The notes below the pieces were generated by a model, which saw only the letters and a program-made list of their open reading frames with translations, ran no database searches and had not been told where the DNA came from. 64,000 bases of DNA from Leucoraja ocellata (taxonomy: Eukaryota). Shown here piece after piece: positions 12,371 to 24,994 of this stretch. Position 1 is the stretch's first letter, and each line of letters begins with the position of its first letter. The stretch lies in assembly GCA_036785375.1 (NCBI GenBank), contig JAWMAR010001726.1, forward strand, positions 1 to 64,000. Reading direction: 5' to 3'. Made by a program: the position numbers and the translations under genes.

Positions 12371-13849
12371 TTACTGTCTACTTCTTAATGTTGAGCATTG
12401 TTGGTGGGAGATTCTCTGAATGGAATACATTGTAATATTGCTAGCTGGTATTTTTTCCCCTCCGTTATGGCAAATGATACTGTTTCTGTGAACTGTAGCT
12501 GAATAATAGACAATAGACAATAGGTGCAGGAGTAGGCCCTTCGAGCCAGCACTGAAGATAGGTCAAACAACACAATATGAAAGCAGCTAGCCAATTGTCA
12601 GATGGATTAAATCAAATTGATGCAGAGGATTTAACCTAATGTGATGCCTTCCACTGACAGAAAATTCTAAATCCTCACATAATACGTATACTATATTATG
12701 ACTTTTGGTTGATACCGGATCCAATGTTATCTTTAATAATTTACAGGCCTCTAACAAAAATAATCTTTTGCAGGATGCACACTAGGATCGGTAGAACGTA
12801 CGGCAAGATACGAGACTTTTGTTGCCGTCTTCTGAAGTCAGTGAAAGGCAGATTATGCAATAGTGTTGCCGTAAATATTCCAAGATTTTCATCTTCTTTC
12901 CAAGAGATTGATCGTAGTGTGATGATTAATGTCATCAAGTTAGCCTCTGCACAATTGGCTAAATAATATAAATATGCTCACTGCCTACTAACGAGGAACT
13001 ATTTTGTTGGCCACATTGTTCACAAAAACCCTTTCAAACCAGTGCTCTGAAAGTAGTCTCGTGAGATTAATGGAATAGGCATAAACGCTATGATGATTAA
13101 TGATAATTTCTCTAAAAGTTTGACCCAATATCCGCCTTAAGTACTTTAGGTTAAATGTAGAATATATTTTATGATAATGATATTCACTTTAAATGAGAAC
13201 TATTAGTCATTTTCATTTAAATATTGCAAGAATTGTATTCATGGTTTTTGAGTCCAATTTTCTCTTTTTCCTCACCACAGGTAATCAGTCATCATTTAAA
13301 TAAAAGGAAATTAAACATAGTACATTATTTTTCCACTGTAAAATACTTTCATGATTTAGTTGCCACATTCATCTGAAAGGTATTGCGCCTAGTCAAAGTT
13401 TCAATCAGATTGGATTCCATGTTTATTTGTGTTTAAATATCACATGATTTATATAGTTTACAACAGTAATTTATTTGCATTACAGTAATCTAAGTGTTAA
13501 TTGAAATATGGGCAGTGGGGCCATATTTCATGGGTTGTATTTCAAAAGCAATGTACTCCATCCTATGCTGATCTTACCAACTTGTGCCAGCACTAACATT
13601 TTTCACATAGTCCTTTTGCCAATACTACTAGTCTGGCATAGTTTGTGTGCAAAAGTCACTCCACTGATAGATTGAGCTCTTATAAGGGCACCTACATCTC
13701 AAAACTAAAAGTTCCCCATGGGCCCTGGATCAATGCCCCCCAAATTTCTATGCAAAGGTTCAGTGGAGATCTGTTTAGGGAACAACATTGCCATGTTTTG
13801 AAAAAGCTTTGTGGATGCAAGGGTAACTCACACCCCGAGTTGCTAAGTC

Positions 13850-15462
13850 AAATCATAATCATAATCATACTTTATTAGCCAAGTATGTTTTGCAAAATAA
13901 AGAATTTGATTTGCCGTAGTCATACCGATAAAAAGCAACAAAACGCACAAAATACATTTTAACAAACATCCATCACAGTGACTCCCCCACATTCCTCACT
14001 ATGATGAAAGGCAAAATAAAATTTCAATCTCTTCCTTTGTTACCCCGTGGTCGGATGCCTCGAGCCTTCTGTTGTCAGTGCAATCTTGGCACCCTCAACT
14101 GTTGGTCAGGTCCTCCGCATCGGGGTGATCACGCTCCCGCATTGGGAGCATCTCAGCTTCCCCACGCCAGGTGATCGAACCTCCTGCAACTTTGGAGCTT
14201 CTCGACATCATCTCTACCCAAGACTGCGAGCTCTTCGATGTTGAAATCGTAGGCCACGGTTGGAGCGTCTATCCCAAGGAAGGGATCACAGGCTCTGATG
14301 GTAAGTCCACGGCCCTGCGGTGGGGCTCAAAGTCAGTCTCGAGCAAGGCCGCCAACTCCATGATGTTATATAACCATATAACATATAACAATTACAGCAC
14401 GGAAACAGGCCATCTCGGCCCTACAAGTCCATGCCGAACAAATTTTTTTCCCCTTAGTCCCACCTGCCTGCACTCGTACCATAATCCTCCATTCCCTTCT
14501 CATCCATATGCCTATCCAATTTATTTTTAAATGATACCAATGAACCTGCCTCCACCACTTCCACTGGGAGCTCATTCCACACCGCCACCACTCTCTGCGT
14601 AAAGAAGTTACCCCTCATATTACCCCTAAACTTCTGTCCCTTAATTCTGAAGTCATGTCCTCTTGTTTGAATCTTCCCTATTCTCAAAGGGAAAAGCTTG
14701 TCCACATCAACTATGTCTATCCCTCTCATCATTTTAAAGACCTCTATCAGGTCCCCCCTTAACCTTCTGCGCTCCAAAGAATAAAGCCCTAACTTGTTCA
14801 ACCTTTCTCTGTAACTTAGTTGCTGAAACCCAGGCAACATTCTAGTAAATCTCCTCTGTACTCTCTCTATTTTGTTGACATCCTTCCTATAATTTGGCGA
14901 CCAAAATTGTACACCATACTCCAGATTTGGCCTCACCAATGCCTTGTACAATTTTAACATTACATCCCAGCTTCTATACTCAATGCTCTGATTTATAAAG
15001 GCTAGCATACCAAAAGCTTTCTTTACCACCCTATCTATATGAGATTCCACCTTCAAGGAACTATGCACGGTTATACCCAGATCCCTCTGTTCAACTGTAT
15101 TCTTCAATTCCCTACCATTTACCATGTACGTCCTATTTTGATTTGTCCTGCCAAGGTGTAGCACCTCACATTTATCAGCATTAAACTCCATCTGCCATCT
15201 TTCAGCCCATTTTTCCAAATGGCCTAAATTACTCTGTAGACTGTTAGGCTGCAGAGCGACCGAAGATACGATCCGGAAATCACTCGCATCTCCGGCAAGG
15301 TAAGAGATTGAAATAATTTCCCCCGACTCCTTCCCCCACCCTCCAAATAAAACAAACCAGAGAACACTAACACATACTTTAAAAACACACTAAGAATAAC
15401 AAAAAAGATGAAAAGACAGAGAGACCATTGGCGAGGCTGCCATCACTGACGTCACCACTCGG
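13850..15462 (-). mobile_element. GC-rich non-autonomous Rex/Babar-derived retroelement, split by CR1
   Basis: Head atggcagcctcgccaa (15428-15445 rc) shared with 57955-57970 and 59396-59412; (ATGATT)n tail at 13851-13870. Confidence 0.65.
14369..15241 (-). mobile_element. Young CR1 LINE, 5'-truncated, open ORF2 C-terminus (254 aa)
   Basis: WQMEFNADKCEVLHLG...RPNLEYGVQFWSP...RRRLRGDLIEVFK; 5-bp TSD TGTTA (14364-14368 / 15242-15246). Confidence 0.95.
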
Positions 15463-15538
15463 AATGAATTGAGATAACTAGAAGATAATCATTATTGTGT
15501 TACACAAAACAAAACAATTTGGAATTGCATATTTGTGA

Positions 15539-15606
15539 GGTGAGATGGAAGACATTTGCCAATGGCCTCTGCTCCCGAGAGGACCAAAAGGCTTAAGAAG
15601 AAGAAG
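15539..15606 (+). mobile_element. RTE-type LINE 3' tip with (AAG)n tail
   Basis: 10-bp TSD ATATTTGTGA (15529-15538 / 15607-15616); ends ...ggcttaagaagaagaag. Confidence 0.65.
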
Positions 15607-15650
15607 ATATTTGTGAAAGTCTTATTCAATTGATCTGGATAATAGCGTTG

Positions 15651-15710
15651 GTTACACAGAAAAGCTGGAGAAACTCAGCGGGTGCAGCAGCATCTATGGA
15701 GCGAAGGAAA
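15651..15710 (-). mobile_element. Penelope-like 60-bp micro-insertion
   Basis: 15-bp TSD TGGATAATAGCGTTG (15636-15650 / 15711-15725); the insert matches the reverse complement of 46003-46060. Confidence 0.85.
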
Positions 15711-18700
15711 TGGATAATAGCGTTGCTGTGTGATATTCCACTATGTGGAATTTAAACCATGTCAGTGCACTAAAGCTTCCAAAATGTTCTTCCTGCCAAG
15801 ATCACACTTTTTCACATTGTGATCTGGACATCAACATTATGCTATACATTTGCCAATTTATTTTCTATGCACAGCTTCTCATTGGAAGTATACAAGCCAA
15901 ACATATTCCTTTATTAGGAAATAGGCATTTTTACAACTCACAAAATATTTGTGGCTAAATTCAGGCAAGCAAACAGAGGCTGAAACATGAAATGTTGTCA
16001 ATTCACCCATTCCAATGAGATACACATTTTAATATTTAATTTTAAATTTACACATCTAGATTTAGTAGTAAGTCTAAAAAGAAGCAAGGTAATTATTTTT
16101 CAGCTATATCCTAGTTTGATCTCAACAAATTCTTGAATACAGTTCACAGCAGCTACATTTATTCTTGCAGCTTGTCATGTTATTGTTATTTAATCAAATC
16201 AATTTGAACAGATAACACATCAAACAAAACCAAGATAAAGTTAAAACAAATGCAGATAATACTGAAAGCATGCAGATCAGGCAGTAATTGCAGAAAGAGA
16301 ATTAAAAGATTCATGTTGAAGACACATTGAGAGAACAGAAGAAAATTAAGTTGGAAGGACCTAAGGTTGTTGGGATATCTTAATTAGGTAAACATTTAAG
16401 TCGACATACACATTTGAAGAAAATAGATCATCAAAGATTAATGAGGCACCACAGGGGTCAGACTGTATCTGTCGAAGATAAAGTTCGTAGTTGAAGTACA
16501 ATATGTTTTAATTTAATCACATTTGACCTTCAGAATACAGAGAAGATCATAAACCAATGAGAAAACCATGCGGGGATGCAAGCTGTAATCTGTTTTAGGA
16601 AATTCAGGAAATAGATTGATGATGCCTTACCATGTAAGTGCACAATATATGACATACACTTCCTCACATACACTGCTCAAGGCTTGAAACAGTCCTCCCA
16701 GGCAAGTTTGTAAGTCTTACATACTTCCTCCCATCTTGTGAATCCATTGCTTATAGTATGGTCAGTTGCCATAGGAACAGTGCAGGTCAGATGTTGAGAC
16801 TGCTGTGTCCTGCTCAATTTTGTTCAGGAATATGATTAGGTGTTGTTGGACACTTGAAAATCATATGCTTCCTCTAATAACATTTAATGTGGCAAATCTT
16901 CTGCTCAGACACCATTATTTTTTAGAGTGTTGTGAGTTTCTTCTTAGAAGTCCTAAAGTCCAGGACTAACACAACTTGAAGTCAGTGCATTTGTGTCTTG
17001 TGTTATGCCATCTATGTAGACTAACAGCCCTGTGCCTGCACTTTCACTGTCAAATACAACTTTGACAGCTGGTGAGAGCAAGGGCAGAGGCTTGCTGGTT
17101 ATGAGTGCAGCTGGAAATGCCAATGTACTTGAAGATGAATGAGGACAACACAAGTAGAAAAAGTGGGATCCAGGGAAAGACAGCTGGTGATCTTGCGGCC
17201 AAGGGAAATGAGTCCTAATTAAAAAAATGTTTAAACTCTGCAGATGCTGGAAATCTGACATATGAAACAGAAAATTTTGGAAACATTCAGCAAGTCAGAT
17301 AACATCTGTGGAAAGAGAAACAGTTGGCATTTCTGATCAGGGACGCTGTATCTAGCCTGCTGAGTTTTGAGCATATTGTTTTTAGTTCTGCCCAAGTTAC
17401 GTGAATCTTTAAATATAGCTGTCATTTTTTTATGACACAGGTTGTGAGTCTCAGTATAGGTGAAATGGAAGCTGGTTGGCAGTTTGATCATAGGAAACCT
17501 CCATCAACCACAATGACAGAAGGGTACATTTTAGCCTGGTATCAGCCCACTTCTTTAATAAGAACATTTACTTGCAATGGCTTGCAAGGTCATTTTGGAC
17601 AATAGCTGTGAGTGAACCTCATGACTATGTATCCCGAGTCACATTGCTCACTGTATGTTGTGACACCAAGGTTTCTTGCTCTACAAGGCAGAGGTGAATC
17701 ATTCTGACATTTTAATGATCAGCTTGAACTTTTATTTCAGAATTATTGTAGGCATATTTAACCAACTGATGTTTAATTCTCAGAAGTTGGGTTAAAAATT
17801 CATGTCACTTGGTCATTAGCCAAGTATATCCACACCAGTCCAGTGGGTTTAAAATAGAGCAATTGTACTGGCTGCCCTCAAAGTCAGTAACTTAAAACCT
17901 GATCTTTGTTTCTCTCTAGATGTTGGCTGACCTGCAACCCCCATTCCAACAGAACTGTATGAGTTTCTTCACCAGAAGATTTGTTGCTGTACAAGATGGC
18001 AGCACATTATTACCTGATCTTAGGCAACTAGGAATGGGTAATAAATGTTAACCTTGTCAGAAAATCATAACCTAAAAATAATGAGCATAAAAAATAATTT
18101 GCTGTTGGTGGAAGGTTCAAACAAAACATGCACTGAATTATCACATCAGGTCGGTTCCAAGGAGTGAGAAACAGAATTCTACACTGGCATTTGGCCCAGC
18201 TGAGATATCTGATCATAATGAAATAATAATTATTGTTTATACCCCCCACCCCATTCTGATGCCTTTTCCACCTTCCTATGCTTCAGATGTCTTCAGTTGA
18301 ATTCCATTTCCATTTTGCATATCCTTAGATTAGTTTGAAGTTGATATATCTGAAACCATGCGAACAACCTGTGTGGACCAACCAGCTGGAGTAAAAACAG
18401 ACATCTTACAACATCTTGCTTCTGCATTCTCAGGTTCCAACCTGTTTCAAAAGGGCATTCATCATTGTGGTGCCCAGTAAATAATGTACAGATGTCAGGG
18501 GTTATGGGGCAAAGGCAGGAGAATGATTTTGAGAGGGAAAGATACATCAGACATGATTGAATGACGGAGTAACTTGATAGGTTGAATGGCTTAATTCTGC
18601 TCCTATAACGTGTGAACACCCCTCTTACTTCAGAAACATCACAGACCATCTCTTCTACTATCTTGGAAATGTACAACCCCAACTCTTTTGATGACTGCCT

Positions 18701-18761
18701 AATAAATAAGAGGAATGAATTAGAGGAAAGTCGGGCAGAACATGGTTCACCGAAGTAGAAG

Positions 18762-19072
18762 CAGCTTGGCAGCGCAGTGGTAGAGTTGTTGCATTACAGC
18801 ATCAGAGACCTGGGTTCGATCCTGACTGTGGGTGCTTGTCTGTACAGAGTTTGTACGTTAACCCCATGACCTGCCTGGATTTTCTCCAGGAAGCTCCGGT
18901 TTCCCCCACACTCCACACACAGGTTTGTAGGACAATTATAAATATAGCTATAAATATAAATTGTCCCTAGAGTATGTGGGATCGTGATAGTGTGCGGGGA
19001 TCGCTGGTCGGTGCAGACTCGGTGAGCTGAGGACCTGTTTCCGCACTGTATCTCTAAACTAAACTAAACTAA
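18762..19072 (+). mobile_element. V-SINE (HE1-like)
   Basis: tRNA-like head with B-box gggttcgatcc, V-core, (CTAAA)n tail. Confidence 0.9.
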
Positions 19073-20384
19073 AAACAAAAGGCTGGAACTAATTACTTGA
19101 AATAGTGGTAGTAATCGCCATCCCATTTAAAGTTTTTTGATGAACATTTGAAGTGTTGTAACATATAAGGCTGTGGAGCAGAATTGGACAAGGGAATTAG
19201 TTCTTCAGCTGGCACAAAATGGTGGATTGTGGTCTGCTTTGTTACCACAGCTTTCTGTGTTTTATTCCCTGCTGCCTCATGATAACATTCGCACTCTTGG
19301 AATTGTTTCCTGAAAGCACAAGAAAAAAAGGACAATTGGGATGACAGGGAGATGATAGCATTCACCGTGAAAATGATCTAAACTTACCAATGAGGGAAAA
19401 TTTTACACAACATTATGGCAGGGGATTTATTTGCTTTACTAAAAAGTGAAGAGAATATTAATTATATCTTGTCGCATCCTGCAGCTTGTAATTTTTAAAC
19501 CATGTTTGCTTCAACACTATAAATCTCTTACCTGGGATCACAGAGCAGGCAGCTGATCTGTACAACTAAATGCTTTTGGTTATGCCCAGGTCAATCCAAA
19601 CATAATGTAAAATTATGTTTCAAGTAAATATTCCAAGGGACAATGCCAGTATGAAAATGTTATGTTATTACTACACTGGCAAAAGTAAAGCAAAAAATGG
19701 AGTGATTGCTAGATTTATTCAAAATACAACAGATATTTGTACATCGATGACAAACAGAGTGCTTTCACCAAAGCTAAAATGATGTGTTAATCATCGTTTT
19801 TGTTTTTAGCTGGATAAAGGGTGCCATCATAACATACTCCTTGCAAATAGGAAATGGCAGATAGTATTTCACTCAGGGAAGACTTTGAAACCAATGAAAT
19901 GAGAAGCCAAAAATGAATCATTCAAGTTATTTGCTAAATTTAAGATGGTCATATTAATACGACATATTGCACATAATTAGTTCGCTTTTGAAGTGCGGCA
20001 GGCTTTTTGATGTCCAGCTCAAGGAGATATTTCCTGCAGCCGGATGCATGCATTATGATGGGTTTAGTACAAATGAAAAGATTTTCTGTGTTAATTAGGC
20101 ATTGCAGCAAATTTGGCAGAAGGGATTTTGCACAGAGCAAACCACAATGACAAAGTGAGACGATAACCTGTTTTAGTTCCGTTGGTGAGGAATAGAATAA
20201 GAACATGAAATGCAATATTCCCTCATCCCGCAGAAGGTTAAAGACCCTAATTCTAATCTTTCCAAAGGAACCCAATATAAAATCCAAATGGATTTTATCA
20301 TGAATCCCTTTGTACATATTAGAATTTATCAGGAGGCACTCAAGATCATTCACAAATGCCCCATTTTGCACTATTATATCTATA

Positions 20385-21775
20385 TTTTAATTTTACTGCC
20401 ATTCAATCATGGCTGACCTATCATTCCCACTCAACCTCATTCTCCTGTCTTCTCCCCATAACGTTTGACCCCCTTACAAACACAAGCCTTTCAATTTCCG
20501 CCTTAAGAAACATTCAAAGATGTGCCCACAGCCGCCTGTGGCAATGAATTCCACAGATTCATCACCTGTCTAAAGAAATTCTTCCTCATCTCGTTTGTAA
20601 AGGTAATCCTTTTATTCTGAGGTTGTGCCCTCTGGTTCTATACTCTTCCACTAGTGGATACTTTCTCTCCACTTCCATTCTATCCAGCCTTTCACTATTC
20701 AGTAGATTTCAATTCGGACCCTCATCATCCTTCTAATCTCCAACGAGTACAGGCCCAGAGAAATCAAATGTTCATCATAAGTTATCTAATCATGGAGGAT
20801 TTGAATCTCCTCTGGACTCTCTCCAAAATCAGCACATCCTTCCTCCGATATGGTGCCCAACACTGCTCGCAAAACTCCAAATGTGGTCTCACCAGCACCA
20901 TATAAAGCCTCAGCATTACATTGCTGCTTTCACATACTGGTCTCACGAAATGAATACTAACATTGCATTTGCCTTCCTTACTACCGATAGAACTTGCAAA
21001 TGAACATTTTAGGAATACTGCACCTACTCCCAAGTCCCTTTGCACGTCCAATTTCAGAATCCTCTCCCCATTTAGGAAATAGTCTACGCCTTTATTCCTG
21101 CTAACACAGTGCATGATCACAGGCTTTGCTATATTTCATCTACCACTTCTTTCCCCATTTCCCAACCTGTCAAAGTCCTTCTGCAGCCTCCCTGCTTCCT
21201 CAACACTACCTGCCCCTCCATCTATATTCCTATCATAGACAATAGACAATAGGTGCAGGAGTAGGCCATTCGGCCCTTCGAGCCAGCACCATCATTCAAT
21301 GTGATCAATGCAGATCATCCATAATTAGTACCCCGTTCCTGCCCTCTCCATATCCCTTAACTCACTATCCCTAAGAGTTCCATCTAACTCTCTCTTGAAA
21401 GCATCCAGAGAACCAGCCTCCACTGCCCTCTGAGGCTGAGAATTCCACACACTCACAACTCTCTGTGTGAAAAAGTGTTTCCTCACCTCCGTTCTAAATG
21501 GCTTACCACTTATTATTCAACTATGGCCCCTGGTTCTGGACTCATCTGCAAACTTGGCCACAAAGCCATCAATTCAATCATCCAAATCATTAATTTACAA
21601 TGTGAAAAGTAGCTGATCCAACACAGACCAATGTGGAACACCTCTAGTCACCGGCAGCAACCAGAAAAAGCCCTGTTTATTCCCACTTTTTGCACTCTGC
21701 CATTCAGCCAATCTTCCATCCATTCTTTCTAATACCACGGGCTCTCATGTTGTTTAACACCATTACGTGCGGCAC
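20385..21775 (-). mobile_element. CR1 (older subfamily) with nested younger CR1 3' fragment at 21236-21543
   Basis: LVRPHLEFCEQCWAPY...LERVQRRF on minus; the host resumes at tcatctgcaaacttggccac (KFADD rc) after the nested piece. Confidence 0.85.
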
Positions 21776-23110
21776 GAGTTACGATGAGGGATTATGTGAA
21801 TAGCCCGCCAGCCTGCATGCACATCAATCTTCAAAGCAGCGGTGTGAAATCACAGATAACTGTTGTTGAACTGAATATAGGAAGATTCGAGAAACTAGAA
21901 CCACCAGCTGACATTTATGAGAGAGGGTTGGGAGCAGAGGGCACGTAATCCCTCATCGTAACTCCTCATAGAATAAAGATCAAACTTTAAAATGGTAAGT
22001 TCTCGTTTAATCTTACTATTATTACTGACTTGATGACCCGATGAAATAGGTTTTAAAGATTTATCTCAAGATTTTTTCCCCTAACTTCATGTTGAAATCA
22101 GAGAGACTACGTGAAGATTTCAAAGTTCTGTGATTTCATGCCGTGAACACGAGTCCATGCGTCACACACTGCATCAGTTGACCAAGGATGAGTGAACATT
22201 AATAATGCATTCAGACAAGACATAGATATAGACATACTGCTGCTTTTTAATGAACAAATAATAATAATAATAGTAACCCCTCTCATCTGGGAGAAAACTA
22301 TGAAACAGAACCTAAAATAGAGTTGGCAAATACCCCCGGTCTGTCAATGGGTTTGTTATAAAATGTTTGGAATGATCGTTCGTTTGACCAACCTGCAGCC
22401 GCTAGGATGTGGTCCAGCAGAACGTCCAAGCTGCTGATGTTATTGCAGACCTGGTGGAGTGAGATTTGAAAATGTCAGTGTTCACTCCTGCACAAGCCAG
22501 AACCCATTTTAACCACCTGGAGATGGTCTGTACTGATACCTTCTTATGAGGTTTTATGTAACTAACAAACATTGCTAGTTCAGAGCCTCTAAGGCTCTTA
22601 GTGACCTAACATACTGTTGTAGATGTGTGACCACACACAACCGAAGGTCCATGGGATATGCCAACAAATCTAGTTTGGGACCTGATGCCCCTGGTCTACT
22701 CTGCTTGAGTAAGTCATAAACATAAAATGTTATTTTGCCTGCAGATGTAACCATCCTGTCCAGTCGCAGCTTATGCAATGACTGGACCCGTCATGCTGTA
22801 ACCAGCGCAATGAGCATAACCACTTTGTAAATGAGTTTGACCAAGGACAGGGATGTAGCTGGAGTCTACCGGTGATGTGGCGTTAGCACAATGTTAACAT
22901 CCCATATCTCTGCGTACCTGGACCTGGGAGGTTTTGAGTCGAAGATACCCTTCATAAATCTGGATATCAGAAGGTGAGATCCGACAGAGTGGGTCCCGCT
23001 CTCCGCAGCAAATATGATGAGGGCACGTTTGGCACAGTTAATGGCACTATAACTTAATTTTTGTCAAAGACCCATTCGAAAATGAACTTCAAGTCGTCAG
23101 TCATCCATGC
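21776..23110 (-). mobile_element. DIRS-type tyrosine-recombinase retrotransposon remnant (YR plus terminal repeats)
   Basis: Minus strand: ISRFMKGIF..KPP...WDVNIVL...LIALVTA*RVQ...KQSRPG...LCVV...KPHKKVSVQTISRWLK...FKSHSTRSA...ILAAAGWSNERSFQTFYNKP (R / HxxR / W / Y signature). 23-bp inverted repeat at 21776-21798 / 21942-21964. Confidence 0.9.
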
Positions 23111-23134
23111 CGTATTATATGTAACCAGTCCTAA

Positions 23135-23232
23135 CCAGTCTGAAGAAGGGTCTCGGCCCGAATTGTCACCCATTTCTTCTCTCCAGAAATGCTGCCTGTC
23201 CCGCTGAGTTACTCCAGCTTTTAGTGTCTACA
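23135..23232 (+). mobile_element. Penelope-like pLTR fragment (mutated hammerhead core)
   Basis: CTGAAGAAGGGTCTCGGCCCGAATTGTCACC followed by ...gctgcctgtcccgctgagttactccagc. Confidence 0.8.
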
Positions 23233-24994
23233 CACATTGAACAATTATGCACAGTAGGGTTGCCAAGTACAGAATAATCTTTGATGTCATGTTTGTACTT
23301 CAAAAGGCCTCTGATGTGGCCAATAATTTGGTAATTTTCCATTGCTGCCAGCAGGAAATGGTATTCAATCAAAAGAAAGAGATGAAGGTGACTGAATTGT
23401 TCCATTACTAACACAGATGACAAAAATAATTGGTTGTTCTTTAGCAATTCTGTACAATTGTACGCGACTGATGATTTAAAAAAAAAAAAAACTGGCATGC
23501 CTATAAGCCTCTGAAATTTAGAATAATAAAGAATAATTTTCAAGATACCAGGCAATGAACAGCAAGTACATAATTCGAACACAATAGCTACAAACATTTA
23601 AACAAACTGTTGCTCGTAGAGTACATGCTCTTAAAATGTGATTGGCCTTTCGATGATAATGCACTGTAGTTAGTCATCTTTATCCAGTCCTGATCAAAGA
23701 TCCTATAACAGAGCAAGATAGGCCACTCCTATGAAATGCAATGGGCTGACATGTAGTACACAACGGAGCGGAACGTGGGCATTTTCTTTTGTTCATTTCA
23801 GTAACCGGAGCCTACCCAACCCGACCCGACTCGCAGTGTAATCAACGTTGCGAGGGAATGGTTTGTGAGTGTGATATATGGTTAGATTCATAATTCTGTT
23901 AGTTCATCATTCTGTTAATTCTTGTTAAAGAATAAAATGTTTATACATTTTGACTCTGGTAATTTTCTTTTTTAATGTTTTTTTTAATAATTTCTTTTTA
24001 AATGGCTCATATGCTGTGTTTGAGTTGATTTTAAATTACACTTGCACTTCACAACTGCAGTATTTGGGAAAATAATAGCAATATGAAAATTCCAGTTGCT
24101 CTAGCCCTGGAATGTTACTTAATGTTTTTGTGTCTATGGAGTTATTTCTCAACAATAAAATGGGTCTGTTCTTCCCAATAGCCAGAGAGTGGAATGAGAT
24201 CTGTCTGTAATTTGTTTTGAGCAAGATTTACAAATGATGTATAACTTAAGGATGGTTTTATTCAGCGAGCATACAACTGATTAGATTTTGCTCGAAAGAA
24301 CACACATACATAAATGTGATATAGATGTACAGTATATAATAATATAACACACACATTTACATTTCTTCCAACTTTTATATCCAATGATGAACTTTATTTC
24401 AAACTAGACAAGGGACAACATTAAATTAAAAAAACATTGTAAACCTCCCCGCAACTTCACTTTGGTGTCTCGGCTGTGCTGATCTGGGCCAGACTCCCCG
24501 CACGCTGTGGAAGGAACATCTATCGCTTTTATTGTGATTTATTTCTCTTTTTAACACTGAATATCTGATAACGACACATTAGCAGCATATGGAACCAATA
24601 TTGCACCAACCCACTCAATTTTAAATAATTCATAATAGAAATCCATTAAGATGGTTAACACTTTATTTCTGACAAGCATAATAAAATTTACATAATTCAC
24701 ATTATTCTGTGCGCGAGATATACAGGGTTGCAGTGTTCAGCATATCAGCTAACCAGTGAAAGTGTTGTACAATTCAACATATGTAACATAATGGTAGCCC
24801 CACCCTTCTTACACCAAAGAGCAAAACGTCCAACGTAGATACAATAATAAATAAATCGCCATTTGCATTGTTTTGAGCTGCTAACAAATCACAATTTCAC
24901 ACAATGAACATAAGACGGCAGTCATTTGACAAATACTGCAGTTCGGTGTAGGAGATCATGTCGGCGAGTATTCTGGACCCATTGTCGACATCTG

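Noticed and set aside
18762-18830. tRNA genes at SINE heads
   Set aside because: A/B-box-like heads continue into the SINE core and tail, with no complete cloverleaf.
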